Source: Azolla caroliniana (Eukaryota > Plantae > Polypodiophyta). Taken from it: DNA of 64,000 bases. The translations under genes and the position numbers were made by a program. Below the pieces are notes generated by a model. The model made no database searches, was not told where the DNA came from, and worked only from the letters and a program-made list of their open reading frames with translations. The stretch spans positions 5,828,001 to 5,892,000 of the forward strand of contig JBHGNT010000015.1 of the NCBI GenBank assembly GCA_043228905.1, given 5' to 3'. Below, piece after piece: positions 1 to 11,243 of this stretch (position 1 is its first letter; each line of letters starts with the position of its first letter).

Positions 1-12
1 ACAAGAAGAACG

Positions 13-2771
13 ATGGATAGAGGCATGGCAAGCTTGGTTCCAACAGAGAAGCTCGACAGAACCAACTACGCGTCTTGGTCCTACAAGATGCACCAGTACC
101 TGCTTGGGCACGGCTACTGGAGTTATGTCGAAGGAGCTAATGATGTGGCACCCGAATCGACACACAGAGACTTTCTGTCGTGGGAGCAATCGGTTTGCAG
201 GGTATTATACTGCTTCGCGTCGTGTGTGGGCGAACAGCTATTGAGCTATGTTCGGGATGGAAAGACGCCGAAGGGTGCGTGGGAAAATCTGAAGAAGATC
301 TTCGCTGCGAGCACCACAGCCAGGAAGCTTCAGCTCCGACAGGAGTTGAGCAACCTATGACAACACGACTTGTCGGTGGAGAACTATACCTCGAAGATCA
401 AGGATATCTGCGACTCCCTTGCCTCCATAGAGGTGAACATCGAGGAGAGCGAGATGGTCTAGATCTGTCTCGGAGGTTTGGCGTCGAAGTTCGGAGCGTT
501 CCGAACGGCTATGTGTACCCGGGAGAATACGTCGTCCTTTTTCGACCTACAGTCGATGCTCCTGGTAGAGGAGAACCACGCGGGTGTGTCGACGAGCACG
601 CACACCGACAGCAAGATGTTGTACACGGAGGGAGAAAGGCCACGTGGTCGTGGCGGACGAGGCGAGTCGGTACGCAATGGAAGCAGTCGACGAGATCAAG
701 GAAGAAGGCACCGAAGTGATGCCGACAGCAACTCCGGACCCTCCGGAAACAGGGGGAGTCGAAGCGATGGGAACCGGCAAGGGAAGGCCATCGCGGAGTG
801 CTGGTACTGTGGCAAGAAAGGCCATAGGGAAAGTGAGTGCTGGAAGAAGCGCGCCGATTTGGAGAGAACCGGTTCCGAAAACGGCTCCGGACATACCGAC
901 AAGGGAAATCGGCAGCAATCGCACTATGCCGAAGACTCCGGGAGAGACGGAGAATGGTCTGCCTTCGTGACGAGACACGAAGCAAACTCAATGAAATAGA
1001 CCACCCCGAGATCGGATGAGGTGTGGTACGTTGACTCCTACGCGTCAAACCACATGATGAGCCATAAGGAGTGGTTCTCGTACCTGGAAAAACCGATACA
1101 ACCTGGAGTAGTCGCAACTGGAGACGACACTCCGCATCCGATCGCGAATATCAGAGAAGTTCCCCTTAGCCATGTTGGGCAGAAAGGGAAACTCATGAAC
1201 GTGTTGCACGTTCCGACAATCACGAAAAACTTGGTCTCGGTCGGACAGATCATCGACCAAGGGATGGAGGTTCGGTTTACACACCTCGGGTGCTTCATTG
1301 AGGAAGAAGGCCGTGTGATTGCGCAAGGGCGCAGAGACGGGAGGATGTTCATCCTCGATTCCACTGACGGTGGCACCGCAATGTTCGCAAAGGGAAGAAA
1401 AAACCGAGTCGGACATCGACTTGTGGCACAAGCGGATAGGCCACGTCAACTACCAGCGGCCTCAAGATCTACCATCGATTTGTGAAGCCTGCCAGCTCGG
1501 GAAGCAACACCGACTTCCCTTCCCCAACGAGCGAAACCGGAGCCGGAACAAGCTCGACCTTATACACTCCGATGTATGGGGGCCGGCACAAAATGTTAGT
1601 CTTGGCGGGAGCCGATATTTCGTCTCCTTCATCGACGACCACACGTGGCACACGTGGATCTACCTCATTGAGAGGAAGAGCGAAGTCTTCGACGGCTTTC
1701 GGGACCTCAAAGGGTTCGTGGAAACGGAAACGGGATGAAAAATCAAGTGCCTGCGGTCGGATGGCGGGAAAGTACTTTTCCGGTCAATTCAACGGTTACC
1801 TACAACAAATGGGAATTCGCCGCGAATTCAGTTGTAGATACACGCTGGAGCAAAACGGCGTGGCCGAGAGGAAGAATCGGTCAGTTGTGGAAGCGGCACA
1901 GACAATGTTGGAGGAGAAGAGCTTGCCCAAGTTCTATTGGGCCGAGGCGGTAAGGATTGCGGTATACATCCAGAACCGGATCGGAGACAAAGTGTCGGCG
2001 CACGAGCTATATTTCGGAACGAAGCCGAACTTGCAGCACTTAAGGGTGTTCGGTAGCATTGCGTATGTGCATATACCGAAGGAGAAAAGGAGGAAGCTGG
2101 ACACAAAGGCCGAGAAATGCATCTTGGTCGGTTACTCGGACGAGCAGAAGGGTTATAAGTGCTATAACCCTCGCACCAAACAAGCGCGTGTCAGCCGTGA
2201 CGTTGTGTTTGACGAGTCCGCGTCCTGGTACCTTCCCCCGACTACGAACCTCGACTCCAATCCAAGCTCTGACGATGAGGTCAGCGAGGCCGAGATGCCT
2301 CCGGATGAGCCCGAAATCGAGACCCGTGAAGAGAGTCTGATTTCACTCCGGTTAAGTGGACCGATTGGACGATTGAGTCGGTACGACCAATCCGATAAAA
2401 AGCCTGCGAATAGTGGAGACTCGGCCGTGCATTCCCCGCGCAGGAAGCCGAGGAGACGGCTTACGCGCAAAGAGAAAGGGAAGAAGAAGGTGTCGGATTT
2501 CGGCACGGATAAGAACGAGTCAGACCGACGCGAGTCTGACTTCGAGGGAACCGGTGACGGGTCTTTAAAGGTGAAGGCCGCGTCGACCGAGAAGGCCTCG
2601 ACATCGGCTAACGTGAGATTACGCCGATCTACCCGCCAAAAGAATCGTGTTTTGCGGTTCGGATACAACGAGTACATGGCGCATCATTATGCGTACATGA
2701 CCTGTGTAGCGGAAGTGCGTGAGCCGGAGAGCTACGCAGAAGCGGCTAAAGACGCGAATTGGCGTGCCGCG
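13..2771 (+). mobile_element. Ty1/copia element A, 5' part: degenerate gag-protease-integrase (stops/frameshifts); RT deleted
   Basis: Gag KLDRTNYASWSYKM, zinc knuckle CWYCGKKGHRESEC, protease WYVDS(Y)ASNHM, integrase CEACQLGKQ..HSDVWGP..FIDD..QNGVAERKNR; breaks at KDANWRAA (2771) where paralog F continues into RT. Confidence 0.93.
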
Positions 2772-3063
2772 AATTGACCTCTTCATCGTATATATCAACA
2801 TTGACGTTCACTTCCTCGTTACCACCTTCCATCTCTTGGGTCTTTATTTGGTTCGGGTATGTCTCTTCGGTGATGCCCCTTTCTCCACCGACCGATATGT
2901 TCCCGTCTACCATTGCCCAAATATCTTGAAATAGTGGGGAAGAAGTCTCGACACACTTGCCATCCTCCATTGTGTTGTCCATAGCCACCTCCATCTCTAA
3001 TTCGTTATTTGTGGCCATCTCTTCAAATTCATCGGCCTCATACCCATTGACCTTCTCAATCGA

Positions 3064-3651
3064 TCAATCCTCGATTATTCTTCCCTCTTCTTTGCATGTA
3101 TTAGTTTTGGCCTTCACTTCTTCGCTCATCATTTGCTTCAGTTTTTGCTCCTTTTGAAGCTTCTCTTCAGCCTCAACTTGCGCCTTTAAGTTCTCGAATG
3201 CCTCTTCCATCAAGACTTCTATGTTGAGTATTGTTGAACCTTCCCTCTTCGAGTTTTCTTCTTTAGGTGGTAGTTTGTAGTTGCTTCCCATCCTCTTTTC
3301 ACCATCCCTAGTACGTTGTGTTGTCACCGATGAGAATCTTGCCTTCCTCTCATCGTGAAGTCGACATACTCTTTCCACTTTCGTCCAATCTTCTGTGAGG
3401 CCATTTGCACCATCGTCATCTTCAAGTCGGATTCCAATGGCATTCCTTTCCTTCCGGTCTATCGATTTCACAAACATTAGGACTTTTTCCACCCCCACCA
3501 ATCTTTGATCCCGCTCCGAGAGTTGTGCAAAGCGACACTCGAACTCAACGAAAGCATGCATGGCACTTTGGTGGGTCTTTAATGATGATACCCATTGATC
3601 GAACTCGTATAGTTTGAATCTCTTCGGCTCTTTGTATCTATATGCCTCCAT
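3064..3651 (-). pseudogene. gag-like ORF fragment of the tRNA-Trp-primed element
   Basis: 195-aa ORF starting just after the PBS (FECRFAQLSERDQ..KVLMFVKSID..GLTEDWTKVERVC); position typical of gag. Confidence 0.6.
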
Positions 3652-3674
3652 GAGATATCCTCCTACCGCCTCGT

Positions 3675-3692
3675 TTCACGTCAGGTTCACCA
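3675..3692 (-). promoter_or_regulatory. Primer binding site complementary to the tRNA-Trp 3' end
   Basis: Plus strand TTCACGTCAGGTTCACCA vs plant tRNA-Trp 3' end TTCACGTCGGGTTCACCA as I recall it (17/18); 4 nt from the LTR end. Confidence 0.8.
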
Positions 3693-3696
3693 AAGA

Positions 3697-5000
3697 TGTC
3701 GGCCAAAATACGACGAGGATACGCGAACTTGAGGCAGGACCCCGGGGCTTCCATCCAAAGGATAATCACATTCGTGCGTTTATATTTTTAACAATTAACG
3801 AAAAGAAGAAATTTAATAATTTTCATTAACAAAGGAAAAAGAAATTACAATATGTCCCAAGATTGGGATTTAGAAGTTTTAGATTTACTAAGATTAATAG
3901 AAAAGAAAAATTAGGGGTTTTGGTAGATATGGCTTCCGTAGGGAAAATTAGGATTAGGTTATATGAGTATTATGGCTTCCGTAGGGAAGATTAGGGTTTT
4001 TTAGTGTTATGGCTTCCGTAGGGAATTTTAGGGTTTTTGAGAGATATGGCTTCCCTAAGATAAGGGAGTTGAGAAGGAAAAGATAATTAAGATAATATGG
4101 AGAGTGAGTCCTAGTGTAGGAAAAAAAATGGAATAAATATGGAGTTCTCCCTTCATCATAGCCTTTCCACTTTTTGTTGCATGGCCTCTACTTTTAGTTG
4201 CCTAGCTTTTTCTTTTGGTTGCATGTGACTGTCCACATGACCTTTACTTTTTCCATGCACTCCCTTCTTTAGTTGCTTGCGTCCACATGGCCTTTACTTT
4301 AGTTCTCTTCACTTTACTTTAGTTTGTTGCATGATCCAATCTTTCGTCCGTCCGCGTCCAACCTTGTCCGGTAGCTGGTTCCATTTTGCTTGCCGGTCGG
4401 TTCCGGTTCCGATTTTGCTTGCCGGCCGGTTCCGATTCCGGTTTTGCTTGCCGGCCGGTTCCGATTCCGGTTTTGCTTGCCGGCCGGTTCCGGTTTTGCT
4501 TACTGGTCGGTTTCCGGTTTTGCTTGCCAGCCGGTTCCAGTTTGCTTGCCGGTTTCGGTTCCGGTTTGCTTGCCGGTTTCGGTTCCGGTTTGCTTGCCGG
4601 TTCCGGTTCCGGTTTTGCTTGCTGGCCGGTTTTCGGTTTTGCTTGCCGGACGGTTTCCGGTTTTGCTTACCGGCCGGTTTCCGGTTTTAGGGAATTTGGC
4701 CACCATCATCCATCAAGACAAAGTGGCCAAAGTGCTCTTAGCACAAATGAAAAATGAGGGAGCTCAAGGTGCTTATATTGCCAGGGCCTTAACTTTCCTA
4801 TCTATCTGGGATAGTTCTAATTTTCTTATCTTCTCAAACTTTATTTTCACATAACTTGATATGTATTTCTCCATTTTGTATATAGTAAAATACGATTTGA
4901 AGCTCTTGAGTATATCCATCTTTCTATAGTAAGCTACTAATCTAATCTATAATAATTATTTCATTATTTTTTTACATAGTGTGTGAAGATTCACACGACA
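3697..5000 (-). repeat. ~1.3-kb LTR with internal tandem repeats
   Basis: TG..CA ends; TATGGCTTCCGTAGGGA-type unit x4 (3928-4055); CCGGTT/TTTGCTTG-rich array. Confidence 0.75.
4380..4690. repeat. Degenerate tandem repeat (TTTGCTTGCCGG/CCGGTT units)
   Basis: Directly visible; produces low-complexity ORFs in several frames. Confidence 0.9.
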
Positions 5001-6275
5001 CCGAGGAGCGGCTGTCGCGACATGCGAAGCCATATGGTTGAAGCGGCTAGTTAAGGACCTGCAAGTGGAGGTGTTAAATCCGACGACTATCTACTGCGAC
5101 AACCTCAGCAGCATCCAGCTCATGAAAAACCCCTTTTTCCACGCAAGGACCAAGCACATTGAGGTGCATTACCATTTCGCCCGTGAGCATGTCCTTTCCG
5201 GTGAAGTCGAACTTCAGTATGTGCCGACGGATCGGCAGACTGCCAACATCTTCACAAAGCCTCTTGGTCTAGAGAAGTTGCGGCAATTCTCAGGTGCGCT
5301 CAGATTGCGTCACCTCGACGTGCCAAACTTGAGGGGGAGAACAGTCCCGAATGACCAAGCAAGGCAGCAGGAAAGGAGCGGAGACCGCGACATCGAGTCC
5401 GAGTCGGTTGACTCGGTTGTCGAGCTCGACTTCGGATTGGCTGAAGAAGCCGAGGGCGGACCCGCGAAAAAGGCCGAAAGCAGACAGAAGGGGAGCAGCC
5501 GAAGGAGAGAGCCGAAGCCAACCACGCATGGGGGAGATGACGCCATCGAGGGCGAGAAGACTGAAGACGAGTTGGAGACAGCCAACTCGGACGAGATCGA
5601 AAATCGATCGGAGGTAGCCGAGTCGGTTCGGATGTTTGATTCAGATACGCTGAACCAACCGAGGCCCAAGCAGAAGAAAAGGCAGCAGGAGAAGCGTCAA
5701 CACCGCAACAACAGAAGAGGCGATAAGGGCCGCAGGAGCAGACAAGCCGACCGGAAGGGTTAAAGCGCGCGGAGTCGAACAGGTCGAGGAGCGCGAGCGA
5801 GGCGTGAAGCCAGGAGGAACCGGAGTTGTGAGCCCAAAGATCCCGAAGAGCCTCAAGTTGAGCTTGAGGGGGAGTGTTGAGAGACAAGCTCAACATCGGC
5901 CGGATCGGCTGAAGAAGCCGAGGACCGGATCGGTTGGGACCGATCGGTTAAGCTGGTGCGTAAACCGGGAGGCCGTTAGGAAAGATATTCCGTGAGGAAT
6001 ATATTTGGGAGTTAGTGTAGGACCTCTCAATGAGCATTGAAGTACTATCAGTACTTCTGTCAGTCCTTCTAGGACTTGTATAAAAGTGTTCATTGAACAC
6101 ACATATGAGTAGAGTAGTGAATCGAGATTGTGTATTATTTTCTGTTGAATATAGTTCTTGTTTCCTCTCTTTGTCTCTCCCAACGTATACTGTGTAAGCT
6201 CAAGCTCTCCATTAAACCTGAGTGTTCTTCCTTATGTTCTGTCTTCATACTTGCTTCCGCACGCTACTTTTTACA
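5001..6275 (+). mobile_element. Copia A 3' part: RNase H, 3' extension, PPT and 3' LTR (5875-6275)
   Basis: IYCDN..FHARTKHIEVHYHF..QTANIFTKPL; PPT TTGAGGGGGAG ending 5874; LTR TGTTGA..TTTACA. Confidence 0.92.
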
Positions 6276-8678
6276 CATCGATAAGCGACCGGTTCTTCCT
6301 CTCGGCGACACTGTTCTGTTGCGCTATGTATCTACAGTTGAACTCTCGCCGAATTCTCTTTTGCTGCAAATAACTGTTGAATTGGCCGGAAAAGTACCCT
6401 TTTCCACCATCCGACTGCAGGCATTTGATCTTCCTCTCCGATTCCCGTTCCACCATGCTTTGGAAACTCCGGAAACACTCGAAGACTTCACTCTTCCGCT
6501 CAATGAGGTAGATCCATGTGTGCCGCGTATAGTTGTCGATGAAGGAGACGAAATTTCGACTCCCATCAAGAGTAACATTCTGTGGCGGTCCCCACACATC
6601 CGAATGGATAAGGTCGAGCTTGTTACGGCTCCGGTTACGTTCGGTGGGGAATGGAAGCCGGTGTTGCTTCCTGAGTTGGCAGGCTTCACATACTTGGGCC
6701 TTCCGGCCGCTAAACTTCGGCAAACCGAAAACAACTTGTTTCGTTTGCAGGTCTTGAAGCCTCCGGTAATTGACAATGCTTATCCGCTTGTGCCACAGGT
6801 CGATGTCCAATTCGAGCTTCTGTCCTTTTGCAAACAGAGCGATTCCGACGTCATTGGTGTCGAGGATAAACATCCTCCCATCTCTACGCCCTTGTGCAAT
6901 AATCTGGCCCTCTTCCTCGATGAAGCACCCGAGGTGCGTAAACTGCACCTGCATCCCTTGGTCGACGATCTGTCCGACCGACACTAGGTTCTTCGTGATC
7001 GTCGAAACGTGTAATACGTTCATCAACTTCCCCTTTTGTCCGACGTGGCTCAAAAGGACTTCTTCGACGTGCACAATTGGGTGAGGAGTGTCGTCTCCGG
7101 TTTCGAGTACCCTGGTTGATGTGGTTTCTCCAAAAAGGAGAACCACTCTTTGTGGTTCGTCATGTGGTTCGACGCACCGGAATCAACATACCACACTTCC
7201 TCCGATTTGGAAGTGGTCTTCTCTATCCAGTTCGCCTCGTGCTTCATCACCAAGGCTGGCCCGTTACCGTTCTTGGATCCTCCCGATCCCTTCGCGTAGT
7301 GCGAGCTTTGCCGGCCATCCTTGTCGGCCTTGCCGGATCCGGATTTGTCCGAATCAACGCGTTTTCTCCAGCACTCGCTTTCTCTGTGACCCTTTTTACC
7401 ACAGTACCAACATTCTGTTGTAGGTTTTTCTTGCCGGCCTCTGGCACCACCTTGACTCCCCCTGCCTATGGAGGTCCCAGAACTGTTGTCGGCACGTTCT
7501 CTGTGGCTTCGTTCTTGCTCTTGTCGACCGCCTCGATTGCGTGCCGACCCGCCTTGTCCACCACGCCCACGGGACCGATCCGCCTCCGTGTACAACATCT
7601 GGCTATCAGTAGGTGCGTTGTGGACGCACCGGCGTGGTTCTCCTCTACAAGGAGCATCGACTGTAGGTCGAAAAATGACGGCGTATTCTCCCTTGTACAC
7701 ACCGCCGTTCGGAACGCTCTGAACTTCGATGCCAAGCCCCCAAGGCAGACCTGTACCATCTCGTCTTCCTCTACGGTAACGTCGATAGAGACAAGCCAAT
7801 CACAGATCTCTTTGATCCGGGACGTGTAATCCGCCACCGACATGTCCTTCTATTGAACATTGCTCAACTCCTATCGGAGTTGTAGCCTCTGGGAAGTTGT
7901 GCTTGCGGCGAACACCTTCTTCAAGTTCCCCCAAGCCTTCTTCGGCGTCTTGGCGTCTCGGATGTGGCTCAGCAGCTGGTCTCCGACACTGGACACGAAG
8001 CAGTACATCACTCTGCTTGCTGATTGTTCCCACACTCGGAAGTCCTTATGTGCCGCATCAGGTGCTATTTCGTTGGCTCCTTCGACAAAACTCCAGTAGC
8101 CATGCCCAAGTAGGTACTGGTGCATCTTATACGACCAAGATGCATAGTTGGATCTATCCAGTTTCTCCATAGGGAGCGAGTTAGCCATCCATCTATCCAT
8201 CACTTCTTTGTCTGCTATTTTACGACCTGTTAGGGTTTGTTGTCAAGCTTTTGTCAATTGCAGAGGAGGTTCTCAACCCTCGCGCTCTGATACCATGTAA
8301 ACGATTACTTGCGGAAGTGTTAGAAACAAAGAAAGTAGGGAATACACAGGGTACGTGGGAGAGATAGAGAGAGCAAAACGTAAAAGCTATATTCAAAAGC
8401 GATATATGCCTCTCTTCTTTACAATTGTGCTCAGTAGCACTATTTATACAAGTCCTCATGGGACTGACAGAAGTACCGCGTATTTAAATGCTCACACGAG
8501 CTTCTGACATTTACTACGAGACTTTAATTGCCTAGTAGTCTAAACTAATACTAGGCTTCCGGTTACTGATTGGACCCAGCTAACCAGCTCTGTTGCTTGC
8601 CGGGTTACCGATCCGTCTCGCTTGCCGGCTCAGGCTTATTCAGCCAATCCGGCTCCAGTTGAGCTTGCCGCTTCAACA
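6276..8678 (-). mobile_element. Ty1/copia element B (5' LTR 8296-8678, PBS-Met 8284-8295, degenerate gag-PR-INT), interrupted by element A
   Basis: LTR TGTTGAAG..TTTACA nearly identical to 54523-54920; TGGTATCAGAGC PBS; integrase stops at ERKNRSLID exactly at A's LTR end. Confidence 0.92.
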
Positions 8679-8691
8679 ATTATGTCATTAG

Positions 8692-11243
8692 GTCTATAGA
8701 TCCTAAGGATGAGGGCCCTGTGAAGATCATTTGACTGAAATATCAAAGCTCTCCGATACAAGTCTAAAAAGTCCCCCCTCTCACATTAAAGTAGAAAGGG
8801 AAGAAATTATTATTTGAAGATGAATTTCATAGGCAACCATCTGACGAATGGAGTCAGGAGAAGATGGTGGCAACTCATGGGGATGAAACTCTAGCTGATA
8901 GAGACATCACTAAACACGAGTGGGCCATGCAATATGTCGACTCAAGTAAGAAGGTTGTACTCATAACGTCTTGCAAGAAAGGTCAAGGGTAGCTAGCGAA
9001 GGACCGACCCTTTGGTTACGACCGAATATTGAGATTGGACTATGAAGACGCCGACTCCGAAACCCTAATGGTTCTAGTTGAATGTTCAAAGGGAGTTCAC
9101 AAGCTGGGGTGTGTGAAGACTTATTAGCGAAGGACTCGTGCGGTCCTGAATCATTCAAATTGGTGATTGAGCAGTCCAATAATCTGATCACAACACTATG
9201 GCCATGCATACAGGGCCATGTCTCGTTAAAGGAGCATGTACCTTCCCTAATAAAGGTTGCACCTAAAAGGTGCATGTGCACTCAAGGCCATCCAAAAAGA
9301 AAGTGTCCAAACTGTTTGAATCAAAGTCATCAAGTTCAATGGATGAAGAAGATGTGAGGACAACACCAGGGGCAGAGTTGTCATCTGGTGTGCTTTCGTC
9401 TGAGCAGAATAAAATTAGAAGAGAGATAATGAAGAAAAAACTAGTGTGGAAGGGACAGGTCTTTAACCTCCCCATTACTCGCATTCATCATCCACCTATC
9501 AATGCGAAGTCTGGACGTCAACCATTGGAGATAAGGGAGCCTCACAAACTATGCGTCCAAAACCTCAAAAAAAAAATGAAGATTAATCCCCATGCAACAG
9601 TAGTACCATTCATCGTAATGGTTGATCTTGACGAGTGTTCGTGTTTAGAAGACTTTGACAAAAGAAAACACAATCAATACAACTATTATGTTATTGGGGG
9701 ATCACACTCAACAGAAGCAAGAAGGCAATTGGTGAGATAACATCCCACAACATACTTCTTTAAGTATGCTAAATGTAAGATTTATGTGTCCCTAACGATG
9801 GATGAAGCGAAGTTGTTAGCCTGGGACCATAACAACGACAACAACTACTGTCAAAAGATGTCATCAATAGAGCGCATACGATTTTTTCACCATGAATACT
9901 TAGATGTCAAGCAGAGAATTGGACCAAAGAGGTTTCTAGCACTTCGATGTCAATGTCTTCATGAAGTTGGGATAATTGTGGACGATGCAGTAAAGTCTAA
10001 TGGTATTCGGAAGTATGACTCGTGGTTCCAGCTTGCCTTCAGAGATGCGGTTGTTTGGGAATTAGAAGACCAAATCTTTACAATGTGGGAAAACAAGGAG
10101 GTGAAAGATCAACGACAGAAAAAAGGGAAACTTGACCCACAACTAGAGTTGAAGTCATTCGCGGCTAAAAAGATTGATCTGACCATCAAGGAAGGAGCGG
10201 ACGACATGAAGTTGACACCATGGAAAGCCATGCATGGTATAAAAGAAAAAGAACTACTTGTGTCTATCTTGTCTAGGGTCGTGGCGAAAGAGCTGAGCTT
10301 AGAAGAAATTGTCACAGAGTTCAACTAGTAAGCCTAATACTTTTTTTTTGAATACATGTTTTCTCTTCTTTGAATTCATAAGAGCTAATGGTTGTTTATG
10401 CTTTACTAGTCACAAGGTGTATATGAAAATTCAGGAGGTGATGATGAAGAAACTTGGTTGCTTAACATGGGGACAAGTGATTGAAGAGTATCCGATTACG
10501 TCTTCATACAAGGCGCTACTGAAATATTTTATTGCTTTTAAGGATTGGGTTAGTATTATATATTGGATATTTTCCATTCTATTTTAGTAACTAGTTGAAG
10601 AATAAGTATGAGTTACTTCTGTTGTTGTTTCACATAGAAACCATGTCGTAGCAAGTAGCCTAGAGAAGTCAAAGATATACATGATTTTCCAACTTCGTTT
10701 CTTGCCCATCTTGAAAGAGCGCAAACAGAAAAGGACTGAGGCTTAGTGAAGGCATTCGATGTGGACGATGACGGAACTTTCAAAAAGTTCAGCCACAAAA
10801 AGGATATCACTCGAGAATTGTATTATAATGCGTATTATTGTGATGTGACAGAGATGATCCAGAAGTTGCCAAAGAAGGAGTACACCTTACTCGTTGTAGA
10901 TATTCCATACGGATTCCGTATCGCTGGATCTTCTTATGATGATGAACCATTTAGGTTCAAACAATTGGAGAAAATGGTGAAGGATTTCGCGGAATTGACC
11001 ATAGCGAGTTTGTGGAGAATAGTCTTCTTTCATAGTATGGACCAATGATATTCTGTGGCTCAAGCGTTGAGATCTTGTTGTCATGGTGTACAACACCTTG
11101 CTTGGTAAGGCTTATACAATGACTAATTCAATTTTGGTTGCATTTCAAATCTTGTTAGTTTATGTAACTAATACTTGAGTCTATGACTTTTGGTTTCTTT
11201 TTGTCATTTATAGGATCAAAACCAACGTTAATCGAGGATCGAC
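8692..11243 (+). pseudogene. ParB-like + amino-DNA methyltransferase cargo gene, copy 1 (degenerate, 3'-truncated)
   Basis: Collinear with 45410-47930: YYVIGGSHSTEARRQL, LLAWDHNNDN, LLVVDIPYG; same intron positions; stops and frameshifts. Confidence 0.85.

Larger units (their letters stand above)
2772..5000 (-). mobile_element. Truncated Ty3/gypsy-type element (5' LTR + PBS + gag-like start) inserted in copia A
   Basis: Minus strand starts TGTCGTG at 5000, LTR ends ..CCGACA at 3697, then a tRNA-Trp PBS and ORF 3651-3064; copia RNase H resumes at 5001. Confidence 0.8.

Noticed and set aside
509-1117. Antisense/overlapping ORFs over copia gag-pol (here and throughout the window)
   Set aside because: Shadow frames of GC-rich retrotransposon coding sequence with no motifs
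4277-4854. Low-complexity ORFs (RFRFCL/PVPV repeats)
   Set aside because: Translations of an LTR tandem repeat, open in several frames
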